Shown piece by piece: positions 20,636 to 30,237 of a DNA stretch of 64,000 nucleotides. The notes beneath the pieces were generated by a model that did no database searches, was not told where the DNA came from, and worked only from the letters and a program-made list of their open reading frames with translations. Made by a program: the position numbers and the translations under genes. The number at the start of each line of letters is the position of its first letter. Position 1 is the stretch's first letter. The stretch comes from Collinsella sp. (GTDB lineage Bacteria > Actinomycetota > Coriobacteriia > Coriobacteriales > Coriobacteriaceae), in the NCBI GenBank assembly GCA_019414345.1, contig DXMF01000022.1, forward strand, positions 80,112-144,111, written 5' to 3'.

Positions 20636-22536
20636 TTGAGTGTCGGGGCGTTTCCTTTAGCTATGACGGTGCCGTGTCGGCACTCGACGGTGTCGATCTG
20701 AACATCGAGGACGGGGAGTTTTTCTGCATCCTCGGTGGCAATGGGTCGGGCAAGTCGACGTTTGCCAAGCATCTGAATGCACTGTTGCAGCCTGATGCGG
20801 GCACGGTACGCATCAACGGTATGGATGCGTCCGACCCCGAGCTGGTCTACGACATTCGTTTGACCGCGGGCATGGTATTCCAAAATCCCGATGACCAGCT
20901 GGTGGCAACGCTTGTCGAAGATGACGTTGCGTTTGGTCCCGAAAACCTTGGCGTGCCATCTGCACAAATTGCGCAGCGTGTACGCGAGGCGCTGAAGGGC
21001 GTGGGCCTGGTGGGCTTTGAGCGCCACGAGACCCATGCGCTTTCGGGCGGTCAAAAGCAGCGTGTGGCGCTTGCCGGTGTGCTCGCCATGGAACCGCGCG
21101 TGCTCATTTTGGACGAGGCGTCCTCGATGCTCGATCCGCGCGGGCGCAAGGGCCTTATGAAGGCCTGTCACGTGCTGCACGAACGCGGCATGACCATCGT
21201 GATGATTACGCACTTTATGGAAGAGGCCGCCGAGGCCGATCGTGTCGCGGTGTTTCGGGCGGGGCGCGTTGCCATGCTCGGTACGCCCGAGGAGATTCTG
21301 ACGCGGGTAGATGGGCTCGTGGAGCTCAACCTGGATATGCCGGCGTCGTGCTGCTTGGGCATGGCGCTTCGTGCGAAGGGCGTGCCCGTTCATGCGCAGG
21401 TGCGCGAGGCGGATATGGTCGCCGAGATTGCGCAGGTATATGCCGACCGGAGTGGGGAAGACACCGCAGGGCGGCCTTCTGCATCCGATTCTCGTGTGCT
21501 CGACAACGCCTCCTCTGCAACCGACGGGACAGCCGCGTCGGAGCCCGTCATCGAGATTTCGCACCTCTCGCATAGTTACTCGCTGAGCGCCCGCGAGCGC
21601 CGCCGCTGGCATAAGCGCTCGGCCGTTGCAGGCAAATCGAGCAAACAGGCTCTCTGGGGAAACGACCCCAGCAGCCCGTGGGCGCTGCGCGATGTATCGC
21701 TGACGGTGCGTCGCGGCGAGTTCCTGGGCTTAGCAGGTCATACCGGTTCGGGTAAGTCGACGCTGGTCCAGCATCTCAACGGTTTGATTCGCCCCCAGGA
21801 GGGTTCCGTTTACGCGTTGGGGCTCGACCTGGCAAACAAGAAAGACGCCGCCGCGGTTAAGGCCAAGGTCGGCGTGGTGTTTCAATATCCCGAGCGTCAG
21901 CTGTTTGCCGAAACCGTGACGCAGGACGTGGCGTTTGGCCCGCACAACCTTGGCTTGCCGCAAGATGAAGTCGACCGTCGCGTCGAGTCGTCGCTCTCGC
22001 GCGTGGGCCTCGACCTTTCCACGGTCGGCGACAAGAGTCCCTTCGAGCTTTCGGGCGGTCAGCAACGGCGCGTGGCATTCGCCGGTGTGCTCGCCATGGA
22101 GCCCGAAGTCCTGGTGCTCGATGAACCCATGGCGGGGCTCGATCCGGCGGCGCGCAGTGATTTCCTGGAGCTCATCGATCGACTTCACCATGGGGGCCTG
22201 ACCGTCGTCATGGTCTCACACAGTATGGATGACCTGGCCAACTGCTGCGACCGCATCGTCGTGATGAACGAAGGTGCGGTGTTTGCCGAGGGAACCCCCG
22301 CGCAGGTGTTTGCACATGCCGATGAGCTCAAGTCGATCGGCTTGGGCGTTCCCGCCGCCCAGCGCATGGCTTTGGCGCTCGCGGAAGCGGGCGTGCCGCT
22401 GCGTTGCGGCGGGCTCTATACGGTTGAGTCGTTGGCCGACGAGTTGGCAAATTTGCTGATCGGTCGCTCAGACGGTTCTTCTAACGTCTCGGACATTGCT
22501 AAATCCAAGACGGTCGCGCGAGAGGAGGGCTGCTAA
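20632..22536 (+). CDS. ECF transporter fused double ATPase
   Basis: Two Walker A (GGNGSGKS, GHTGSGKS) and LSGGQ signatures; FQNPDDQ and FQYPERQ. Confidence 0.92.
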   Translation: MIECRGVSFSYDGAVSALDGVDLNIEDGEFFCILGGNGSGKSTFAKHLNALLQPDAGTVRINGMDASDPELVYDIRLTAGMVFQNPDDQLVATLVEDDVAFGPENLGVPSAQIAQRVREALKGVGLVGFERHETHALSGGQKQRVALAGVLAMEPRVLILDEASSMLDPRGRKGLMKACHVLHERGMTIVMITHFMEEAAEADRVAVFRAGRVAMLGTPEEILTRVDGLVELNLDMPASCCLGMALRAKGVPVHAQVREADMVAEIAQVYADRSGEDTAGRPSASDSRVLDNASSATDGTAASEPVIEISHLSHSYSLSARERRRWHKRSAVAGKSSKQALWGNDPSSPWALRDVSLTVRRGEFLGLAGHTGSGKSTLVQHLNGLIRPQEGSVYALGLDLANKKDAAAVKAKVGVVFQYPERQLFAETVTQDVAFGPHNLGLPQDEVDRRVESSLSRVGLDLSTVGDKSPFELSGGQQRRVAFAGVLAMEPEVLVLDEPMAGLDPAARSDFLELIDRLHHGGLTVVMVSHSMDDLANCCDRIVVMNEGAVFAEGTPAQVFAHADELKSIGLGVPAAQRMALALAEAGVPLRCGGLYTVESLADELANLLIGRSDGSSNVSDIAKSKTVAREEGC

Positions 22537-23336
22537 TGGAGGCGTTTTCGTTTGGCAGTTACTATCCCGGCGATAGTGCGATCCATCGCCTGGATCCGCG
22601 CACCAAGCTGCTCCTGGGCTTTGTGTTTTTGATCACGACGCTGACCGTCGGCGGCTTCCGCGGACTGGCCCCGGTCGCAATTTTCGTCGTGCTGATCTAT
22701 GCCGTGTCCCGGGTGCCGTTGCGCCGGGTCCTATCATCGATGGCACCGCTGCTGGCAATCGTCGTCGTGGTCGCGGTGCTCAACTTGTTTACCGATCAGA
22801 GTGGGCGCATCCTGTGGCAGCTCGGCTTTCTGCAGATAAGCGAGGGCTCACTGCGTTCTGCCGCCTTTATGGCGTGCCGCCTGACGTTGATGATGTCCGG
22901 CATGAGCGCCATTACGCTCACCACGCCCACGCTCGACCTCACCGCGGGCTTTGAGCGCCTGCTCGCGCCGTTTGCGCGTGTGGGACTTCCTGCGCACGAG
23001 CTCGGCATGATCATGGGTATCGCGCTACGCTTTATGCCGCAGTTTGCCACCGAGATGAAGCAGACGGCCGATGCGCAGGCAAGCCGCGGTGCACGCGTGA
23101 CGGGAGGTCCGCTCGGCGGCGTGCGTATGCTCGGCAGTGTGGCGATTCCGCTGTTCACGGGCGTTTTCCGCCATGCCGAGACGCTGTCTGCTGCCATGGA
23201 TGCACGCTGCTATCACGGTGAGCAGGGCCGCACGCGCCTGCATGCGCTTGCATTTCGCCGCGGGGATGCGCTGGCTGCGGTGGTGACGGCGCTGCTGCTC
23301 ATCTGTGTCATCGTCATCAACCTTCAACTTGTTTAG
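22536..23336 (+). CDS. ecfT: ECF transporter T component
   Basis: LDPRTK, ALRFMP, AQASRG and AMDARCY motifs. Confidence 0.92.
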   Translation: MEAFSFGSYYPGDSAIHRLDPRTKLLLGFVFLITTLTVGGFRGLAPVAIFVVLIYAVSRVPLRRVLSSMAPLLAIVVVVAVLNLFTDQSGRILWQLGFLQISEGSLRSAAFMACRLTLMMSGMSAITLTTPTLDLTAGFERLLAPFARVGLPAHELGMIMGIALRFMPQFATEMKQTADAQASRGARVTGGPLGGVRMLGSVAIPLFTGVFRHAETLSAAMDARCYHGEQGRTRLHALAFRRGDALAAVVTALLLICVIVINLQLV

Positions 23337-23366
23337 GCGCGATTCGAGCGCAAGAAAGGGGTCCCT

Positions 23367-23813
23367 ATGACCGACAACGATCGCACGGCTCAGCTTGAGC
23401 GCGCCTGTTCATATCTCAGGCGCATTCCGGCGTGGTATCTGGCCACGACCGATGTGGCCGACGGGCATCAGCCTCGTGTGAGGCCGTTTTCTTTTGCCAT
23501 GGTCGATGACGGTAAGTTGTGGTTTTGCACGTCGCGCGACAAGGACGTGTGGGCGGAGCTGAGTGCGAATCCCAAGTTTGAGCTCTCGGGCTGGAAGCCG
23601 GGGGAATGTTGGATCGTATTGACCGGCGAAGCCGCACTTGAGGACGACGCAGTTGCGAGCGACAAGGTGCGTCAAGCGGGTTTTAAGCACATGGTGGGCA
23701 TTGGCGAGGAACACGAGAGTGCCAACGACGGCCGCCTTGCTTTCTTTTCGGTCCGCAACATTGCCGCGCGCTTCTGTGATATCGACGGCAGCGAGGAGCG
23801 CCTGGAGCTCTAG
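23367..23813 (+). CDS. Pyridoxamine 5'-phosphate oxidase-like FMN-binding protein
   Basis: YLAT...QPRVRPF, LWFCT..K and NPKFE motifs. Confidence 0.8.
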   Translation: MTDNDRTAQLERACSYLRRIPAWYLATTDVADGHQPRVRPFSFAMVDDGKLWFCTSRDKDVWAELSANPKFELSGWKPGECWIVLTGEAALEDDAVASDKVRQAGFKHMVGIGEEHESANDGRLAFFSVRNIAARFCDIDGSEERLEL

Positions 23814-23864
23814 CGCGTCTCAAATTAACTACCCGTTCCGAATTAGCTAGCGCCAGGAGGACAC

Positions 23865-24275
23865 ATGGACGGATTGAATACGGTGTTGGAGTATCTGACG
23901 TCGGTGCCGGCATGGTATTTGGCGACGAGCGTTGACGGACAGCCTCATGTGCGTCCGTTTTCGTTTGCGCAGATCCAGGATGGCAAGCTGTGGTTTGTAA
24001 CAGCGCGCACCAAAGATGTGTGGCAAGAGCTGCTGCAAAACCAGCGCTTTGAGGCCACGAGTTGGTGGCCGGGCCATGGCTGGCTCATCTTGCGCGGGCG
24101 TGCCGGCTTGGATGACCGGGCTTTAGGCGAAATGCGCGAAGCCGGGTGGAAGCATCTAGAGCACCTGGGCGAGCACTATGAGGGGCCTAACGACCCCACG
24201 CTCGTCTTCTTTAGCGTCGAGGATCCCGAGGCTTTTATCTGCAATCACGACGAATGGGTGCCGGTCGAGCTCTAG
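23865..24275 (+). CDS. Pyridoxamine 5'-phosphate oxidase-like FMN-binding protein (paralog)
   Basis: VPAWYLATS..QPHVRPFSFA, shared with the upstream paralog. Confidence 0.8.
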   Translation: MDGLNTVLEYLTSVPAWYLATSVDGQPHVRPFSFAQIQDGKLWFVTARTKDVWQELLQNQRFEATSWWPGHGWLILRGRAGLDDRALGEMREAGWKHLEHLGEHYEGPNDPTLVFFSVEDPEAFICNHDEWVPVEL

Positions 24276-24308
24276 CCAGCTGGCTCATCCTAACAACTTG
24301 GTTTTCGC

Positions 24309-24371
24309 ATGGGCGGGCCCCGTATTGCCCGGCGCCGTTAGGAGCGCCGGTCAATACGGGGCCCGCTCCAT
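24309..24371. terminator. Long GC hairpin ending the ECF operon
   Basis: GCGGGCCCCGTATTG/CAATACGGGGCCCGC stem. Confidence 0.6.
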
Positions 24372-24409
24372 TTGTCAATTCCTTCAAGCGAATGTGTCGG
24401 GAATGTTTC

Positions 24410-24448
24410 AATGCATGAATATGCAAGCCATTTACGTATTCATGCATC
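24410..24448 (+). promoter_or_regulatory. Tandem ARG boxes (ArgR operator)
   Basis: AATGCATGAATATGCAAG, a 3-nt spacer, then TTTACGTATTCATGCATC, upstream of argC. Confidence 0.75.
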
Positions 24449-24532
24449 TTTTGGTGCTAAAGTTTCAACCCACTTCATAACGACTGCTGCGAAATGCGCA
24501 TCGGTGCATAAATCGCAGACAAGGAGTCTGAT

Positions 24533-25603
24533 ATGTCTTTGAAGGTTGGAATCGTCGGCGCGGCTGGATATGCCGGAGCCGAGCTCATTCGCCTCGTCCT
24601 CGGCCATCCCGAGTTTGAACTTGCTGCCATTACGTCCAACGCCGATGCCGGCCAGCCGTTGTCTGCGGTGTACCCGAGCTTCACCGGCGTAAGCGATCTT
24701 GTCTTTACGACGCATGATGCCCCTGAGCTCAAGAACTGCGACGCGGTCTTTTTGGCCGTGCCGCACACGGCTGCCATGGCACAGGTGCCCGCGCTGCTTG
24801 CATCGGGCGTCTCCTGCTTTGATCTTTCGGCCGACTACCGTCTGAACGACGCGTCCGTTTTTGAGGCTTGGTATGCCGCCGAGCATACGAGCCCCGAGCT
24901 GCTCAAGACCCGTGCCTTCGGTCTGCCCGAGCTGTTCTGCCAGGACTTGGAGACCGCCGCATCCGACCATGCCGACGGCAAACCCGTGCTGGTCGCCTGC
25001 GCCGGTTGCTATCCCACCGCAACGAGCCTTGCCGCCGCGCCCGCCGTGCGCGCGGGCTGGGTGGCCGAGAACGGCCCCGTGATTGTCGATGCCATCAGCG
25101 GTGTGACGGGTGCCGGCAAGTCCTGCAACGCTCGTACGCATTTTTGCAGCGCCGACGAGAATTTGGAAGCATACGGCGTGGGCAAGCATCGCCACACGCC
25201 CGAGATTGAGCAAATCCTTGGCCTGACCGATCGCGTCGTCTTTACCCCGCACCTGGCACCGCTCAAGCGCAGTCTGCTCTCCACGGTGACGCTGCCGCTC
25301 GCGCCGCAGGCTCTCGACACGCTGGCTCTTGAGGATGTCGTCGACCATTACAAGCAGTTCTACGCCGGTCGCACTTTTGTGCGCGTGCTCGATGCCGGCC
25401 AGCAGCCCAAGACGGCTTCGGTCGTCGGCACCAACGCTGCCCAGATTGGCCTCGCGCTCAACAAGCGCGCGGGCGTGCTGGTGGCGACGGGCGCCATCGA
25501 CAATCTGTGCAAGGGCGCTGCGGGCCAAGCGGTCCAGTGCGCCAATATCGTCTTTGGCTATGACGAGCGACGAGGCTTGCCCACAGTGGCGTGCCCGGTG
25601 TAG
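24533..25603 (+). CDS. argC: N-acetyl-gamma-glutamyl-phosphate reductase
   Basis: GAAGYAG, DLSADYR, GCYPT, SGVTGAG and DNLCKGAAGQA motifs. Confidence 0.95.
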   Translation: MSLKVGIVGAAGYAGAELIRLVLGHPEFELAAITSNADAGQPLSAVYPSFTGVSDLVFTTHDAPELKNCDAVFLAVPHTAAMAQVPALLASGVSCFDLSADYRLNDASVFEAWYAAEHTSPELLKTRAFGLPELFCQDLETAASDHADGKPVLVACAGCYPTATSLAAAPAVRAGWVAENGPVIVDAISGVTGAGKSCNARTHFCSADENLEAYGVGKHRHTPEIEQILGLTDRVVFTPHLAPLKRSLLSTVTLPLAPQALDTLALEDVVDHYKQFYAGRTFVRVLDAGQQPKTASVVGTNAAQIGLALNKRAGVLVATGAIDNLCKGAAGQAVQCANIVFGYDERRGLPTVACPV

Positions 25604-25737
25604 CACATTCGATTGTTAACGATTTGGTAGTCGGGCATCGAGTGGGGCGCCACTCTTAAGCTGGTCTCATGATCACGACTGGCATGGCGCACCAACCGAT
25701 GTCCGTTTTTTGTTTGATATAAGGAGTCGTAAGGACG

Positions 25738-27006
25738 ATGAATACAGAGCAGTTCGATATCAAGATTCGTGCCGTCGAGGGTGGCATTACGGTAGCGGCC
25801 GGCTTTAAGGCCGCGGGTATTCATGCGGGTTTTCGCAAGAATCCCGAGCGCTTGGATTACGCGCTCGTCGTGCCCGATAAACCCTGTCCCGGTGCCGGCG
25901 TGTTTACGACCAATCGCTTTTGCGCAGCGCCTGTGCAGGTGAGCCGCGCCAACCTGGGCGGTGTGGGCAAGGGCTATGGCATCATCGCCGGCGTTTCAAT
26001 CAACTCCGGCAACGCGAATGCCGCCACGGGCGAGACGGGCCTTGCCTGCGCGCGCGAGACGTGCAACATCGCCTCGCAGGTCATCGGCTGCGAGCCCCAG
26101 CAGATTCTGGTTGCCTCCACGGGTGTGATTGGCCAGATTCTGTCGATCGACACGTTTGAGACCGCCATTCCTGCTGCCTACGAGGCGCTCTCCGCCCACG
26201 GTGGCGCCGATGCCGCTCGCGCCATCATGACGACCGACACGCACTCCAAGGAGTACGCCGTATCCTACGTCAGTGAGGCTGCGGGTCATGCGGGCAATGT
26301 CTATACGGTAGGCGGAATGTGCAAGGGCTCGGGTATGATCATGCCCAACATGGCCACCATGATCGCAGTTATCACCACCGATGCCCCCGTCGAGCCTGCG
26401 GCACTTCATGCCCTGCTGCTCTCGACCGTCAAGCAGACCTTTAACAAGGTAACGGTCGATTCCGACACCTCGACCAACGACACCTGCATCATGCTTGCCT
26501 CCGGCGCCGCTGCCGCAGATGCCGAGCCTATCGTTGAGGGCTCCAATGCCTTTGACGAGTTGGCATTTGTCGTGCACGAGGTGTGCGAGAGCCTGGCGCG
26601 CAATATCGCCGCCGATGGTGAGGGCGCATCCAAGCTTGTTACGGTCAACGTTACCGGCGCCGCTAACGACGAGGAGGCCGATATCGCCGCCCGTGCCGTT
26701 GCCAACTCGCCGCTCGTTAAGACCTGCATCGCCGGCCACGACTGCAACTGGGGCCGCGTTGCCATGGCGCTTGGCAAGTGCGGCGTGAAGTTTAATCAGG
26801 AAGACGTTTCCATCGACATGATGGGCATGCCTGTCTGTCGCGACGGTCTGACTGTTCCCTTTGACGAGGACGAGGCTCTACGACGTTTTGAGGCGCCCGA
26901 GATCGTGATCTCGGCCGACCTGGGCGCAGGCGACGCGGCAACGACCGTGTGGACCTGCGACCTCACGCATGAGTACATCTCCATCAACGGCGACTACCGT
27001 TCCTAG
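25738..27006 (+). CDS. argJ: Ornithine acetyltransferase / N-acetylglutamate synthase
   Basis: NSGNANA, STGVIG, KGSGMI.PNMATM and DTSTND motifs. Confidence 0.96.
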   Translation: MNTEQFDIKIRAVEGGITVAAGFKAAGIHAGFRKNPERLDYALVVPDKPCPGAGVFTTNRFCAAPVQVSRANLGGVGKGYGIIAGVSINSGNANAATGETGLACARETCNIASQVIGCEPQQILVASTGVIGQILSIDTFETAIPAAYEALSAHGGADAARAIMTTDTHSKEYAVSYVSEAAGHAGNVYTVGGMCKGSGMIMPNMATMIAVITTDAPVEPAALHALLLSTVKQTFNKVTVDSDTSTNDTCIMLASGAAAADAEPIVEGSNAFDELAFVVHEVCESLARNIAADGEGASKLVTVNVTGAANDEEADIAARAVANSPLVKTCIAGHDCNWGRVAMALGKCGVKFNQEDVSIDMMGMPVCRDGLTVPFDEDEALRRFEAPEIVISADLGAGDAATTVWTCDLTHEYISINGDYRS

Positions 27007-27087
27007 ATTCCAGGCACGCTGCGCATCTTGCCGCGATTGCGGACAGCGGAGCACGGCGCGATAACGATACGAAAGACGAGGCAGACT

Positions 27088-28068
27088 ATGAAATTCGCAC
27101 GCGATTGTCGTTCGAGCGAATCCAACGAAGCAACCGCGCAGCTGCTGTTCGAAGCGCTGCCGTGGATTAAGAACCTGACCGGCAAGACGGTTGTTATCAA
27201 ATATGGCGGAGCCGCCATGGTCGACGAGCAGCTGCGCCGCGACGTGATGAGCGACATCGTCCTGCTCAAGATCATCGGTATGCGTCCCGTCATCGTGCAT
27301 GGTGGCGGCAAGGCTATCAACGAGGCGCTGAGCCATTACGATATTCCCGTCGAGTTTAAGAACGGCCAGCGCGTGACCACGCCGGCGACCATGGATATCG
27401 TGCGCGAGGTACTGGGCGGCAAGGTCAACCAGGAGCTGGTTGCTGCCATCAACCACCACGGCAACCTGGCCGTGGGCGTGTCGGGCAGCGATGCCGGCAC
27501 GCTCATCGCCGAGCCGCTCGACCCCGAGCTCGGTCGAGTGGGCAAAGTGACGCACGTTAACACCGACTATATCGAGCGCTTACTCGATAGCGAGTACATC
27601 CCCGTCATCGCTACCGTCGCGGCGGGGGAGGACGGCGGTTTCTTCAACATCAACGCCGATACCGCCGCCGGTGCCGTTGCGGCGGCGCTCCATGCGCATA
27701 AGGTGATCTTTTTGACCGATGTCGACGGCCTGTACAAGGACTTTAGCGACAAGGATTCGCTCATTTCCAACCTGACGCTCGACGAGGTTAACGAGATGCT
27801 CTACGGCGGCGAGGTCGATAAGGGCATGATTCCCAAGCTGCGTGCTGCCGTCGATGCGCTTGCCGGAGGCGTATTTCGCGCTCACATCATCAACGGTACC
27901 ACGCCGCATTCGCTGCTGCTGGAGCTGCTGACCGACGCCGGCGTCGGTACCGTGATCCACTCCACCGAGACGGCTTACGAGTTCGATACGCATCCGCATC
28001 CGCTTTCGACGTTTGCTGCGCGTCTGACCGAGAACCTCGACGAGGTCGAGAAGCTTCAGACGGTCTAA
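27088..28068 (+). CDS. argB: Acetylglutamate kinase
   Basis: VIKYGG, VHGGG, NINAD and GMIPK motifs. Confidence 0.95.
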   Translation: MKFARDCRSSESNEATAQLLFEALPWIKNLTGKTVVIKYGGAAMVDEQLRRDVMSDIVLLKIIGMRPVIVHGGGKAINEALSHYDIPVEFKNGQRVTTPATMDIVREVLGGKVNQELVAAINHHGNLAVGVSGSDAGTLIAEPLDPELGRVGKVTHVNTDYIERLLDSEYIPVIATVAAGEDGGFFNINADTAAGAVAAALHAHKVIFLTDVDGLYKDFSDKDSLISNLTLDEVNEMLYGGEVDKGMIPKLRAAVDALAGGVFRAHIINGTTPHSLLLELLTDAGVGTVIHSTETAYEFDTHPHPLSTFAARLTENLDEVEKLQTV

Positions 28069-28137
28069 CTGACCCGCAGCCGCCCCATTCCTGCACCCAT
28101 AGGCCTGCGCCGTCCGGCGCTCAACGAAAGGCATCCC

Positions 28138-29421
28138 ATGTCACTTGCAGCTCAGCAATCGCTTGAATCCCATTACGTTATGCATACCTTTGGCCGCTCT
28201 CCGGTCGAGTTTGTCGAGGGCCACGGCATGAAACTCACCGGCGACGATGGTCGTGAGTACCTCGACTTTCTTGCCGGCATCGGCGTGTGCAGCCTAGGTC
28301 ATGGCGACCCGGCTGTGCTCTCGGCGCTCGAGGCACAGACCAAAAAGCTCATGCATGTCTCCAATTACTTCTACATCGAGCAGCGCGGACAGGTCGCGGC
28401 GCTGCTGTCCAAGCTTGCTAACGACGACGTAGATGGTGCGCGCGTGCTTGCCGGTGCCATTGCCGCCGGCGATGAGGCCACGGCAGCTGCTCTTGGTGCC
28501 CCGGCTGCGGGCGAGCAGGTGTGGGAGACGTTTTTTGCCAATTCCGGCGCCGAGGCCAACGAGGGCTCGATGAAGCTCGCGCGCCTGTACGCCAAGCGTG
28601 CCGGTAACGGCGGCAACGCTATCGTGTGCATGCGCGGCGGCTTCCACGGCCGTACGCTCGAGACCATTGCCGCCACCATGCAGGATTGGCTGCAGGATAG
28701 TTTCCGCCCGCTGCCGGGTGGCTTTGTGGCCTGCACGCCCAACGATATCGATGAACTGCGTGCGATCTTTAAACAGCTGGGGGGCGAAATTTGTGCCGTG
28801 ATGCTCGAGCCGATTCAGGGCGAGAGCGGTGTGCACCCCATGACCGAGGAGTTTATGGCGGCAGCGCGCGACCTGGCACACGAAGTGGGCGCCGTGCTTA
28901 TCGCCGACGAGGTCCAGTGCGGCATCTTCCGCTCCGGCAAGCCGTTTGCATTCCAAACCTATGGCGTGGAACCCGACATCATGAGCCTTGCCAAGGGCAT
29001 TGCTGATGGCGTGCCCATGGGTGCCGTCGTAGCAAAGAAGGAGATTGCCGACGTGTTTAAGCCGGGCGACCACGGCTCGACCTTTGGCGGTAGCTGCTTG
29101 GCCGTCGCGGCGTGTGCCGCGACGCTCTCCGCGCTCGTGCACGGCGATTATGCCGACCATGTTGCCAAGGTAGGCGCCTATATGGAGGCAAAGCTCGCCA
29201 AGCTGCCGAACGTGACCGAGGTGCGTGGCCGCGGCTTGATGCTCGGCTGCGATCTGGACGATACTGTGGGTGATGCACACGACGTTGTGGCCCGTGCATT
29301 GGGGGCTGGTGCCGTGATTAACGCTACGGGTGCCCATACGCTGCGTTTCCTGCCGCCGCTCGTCTGCGAGGAATCCGACGTGGACAGTCTGATCGAGATC
29401 CTGTCGGACGTTTTGGCCTAA
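28138..29421 (+). CDS. argD: Acetylornithine aminotransferase
   Basis: NSGAEANE, FHGRT, EPIQGE, DEVQ.G and HGSTFGG motifs. Confidence 0.93.
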   Translation: MSLAAQQSLESHYVMHTFGRSPVEFVEGHGMKLTGDDGREYLDFLAGIGVCSLGHGDPAVLSALEAQTKKLMHVSNYFYIEQRGQVAALLSKLANDDVDGARVLAGAIAAGDEATAAALGAPAAGEQVWETFFANSGAEANEGSMKLARLYAKRAGNGGNAIVCMRGGFHGRTLETIAATMQDWLQDSFRPLPGGFVACTPNDIDELRAIFKQLGGEICAVMLEPIQGESGVHPMTEEFMAAARDLAHEVGAVLIADEVQCGIFRSGKPFAFQTYGVEPDIMSLAKGIADGVPMGAVVAKKEIADVFKPGDHGSTFGGSCLAVAACAATLSALVHGDYADHVAKVGAYMEAKLAKLPNVTEVRGRGLMLGCDLDDTVGDAHDVVARALGAGAVINATGAHTLRFLPPLVCEESDVDSLIEILSDVLA

Positions 29422-29447
29422 CACAGCGAAATAACTTAACTTTGACC

Positions 29448-29508
29448 GGGTTCCGGACTGCGGACGTGCCCTATGTGGCATGATTCAGCGGTCTGGAGCC
29501 CGTTTTGC
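29448..29508 (+). terminator. arg operon terminator
   Basis: CGGGTTCCGGACTGC/GCGGTCTGGAGCCCG stem followed by TTTT. Confidence 0.65.
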
Positions 29509-29551
29509 CTTAGATTTGCTAAGGCGGGGAGACCTGCTGGTCAAAAAACAT

Positions 29552-29740
29552 CAAATATGAGTACTGTTACCGATTTGGTAGCAGCAATTTTGGACTAATA
29601 AGGCCAGATAGCTAGTCGAAATGGCGATGAATGTACGATTTTGATCCAATTGTTAGTCCTTATAATGGACATATGTTGCGTAACTTAAGCAAATATTATC
29701 TTCTGATATGTTGTAAGCAAGGTAGCAGTACTCATTTTTG
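29552..29740. mobile_element. AT-rich MITE-like element with 20-bp terminal inverted repeats
   Basis: CAAATATGAGTACTGTTACC and GGTAGCAGTACTCATTTTTG match 18/20 as an inverted repeat; AT-rich interior. Confidence 0.5.
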
Positions 29741-29778
29741 CCATTTTCTGGCCACGGCCTTTGTGACAGACGTGCTGG

Positions 29779-30237
29779 TGGGTTCGAATCCCATGCGCTG
29801 GGCCTGAAAAAAAGAAAGGCCTCCATCGCTGGAGGCCTGACAATTCAGTGGTGGGCGATGAGGGATGTCCGCGTGCGGCTGGCGCCGCCCGCGCCCCGCT
29901 TCGTCGCTCCGCTCTTCGCGTGCTACGCTGGAAAACGTTTCGCGTTTCCTCAGCTCCGCACCCTTGCGGGTTCGAATCCCCCTGCGATGGGCCCAAAAAA
30001 GAAAGGCCCCCATAGCTGGGAGCCTATCAAATCAGTGGTGGGCGATGAGGGATGTCGCGTGCGGCTGACGCCGCCCGCTTTCGCTTCGGGCCTGCGGCCC
30101 TCGCGTGCTGCGCTGGAAAACGCTTCGCGTTTCCTCAGCTTCGCACCCTGTCGGGTTCGAATCCCATGCGCTGGGCTCAAACAAAAACGGTCCCCTTGCG
30201 AGGACCGTTTCCAATTCAATGGTGGGCGATGAGGGAT
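29779..30237 (-). repeat. tRNA-linked tandem repeats (~185-bp period, 2 full units plus 1 partial)
   Basis: TGGTGGGCGATGAGGGAT at 29849, 30036 and 30220; GGGTTCGAATCCC at ~29780, ~29968 and ~30153; one terminator hairpin per unit. Confidence 0.9.

Noticed and set aside
25260..25285. ArgC reads KRSLL where RG is usual
   Set aside because: A single substitution that could be a polymorphism or sequencing error. The frame and catalytic Cys are intact, so it is not called a pseudogene.
29779..30237. Possible CRISPR array or extra tRNA genes
   Set aside because: The period is ~185 bp with homologous interiors, there are no cas genes, and the copies lack anticodon and D arms.
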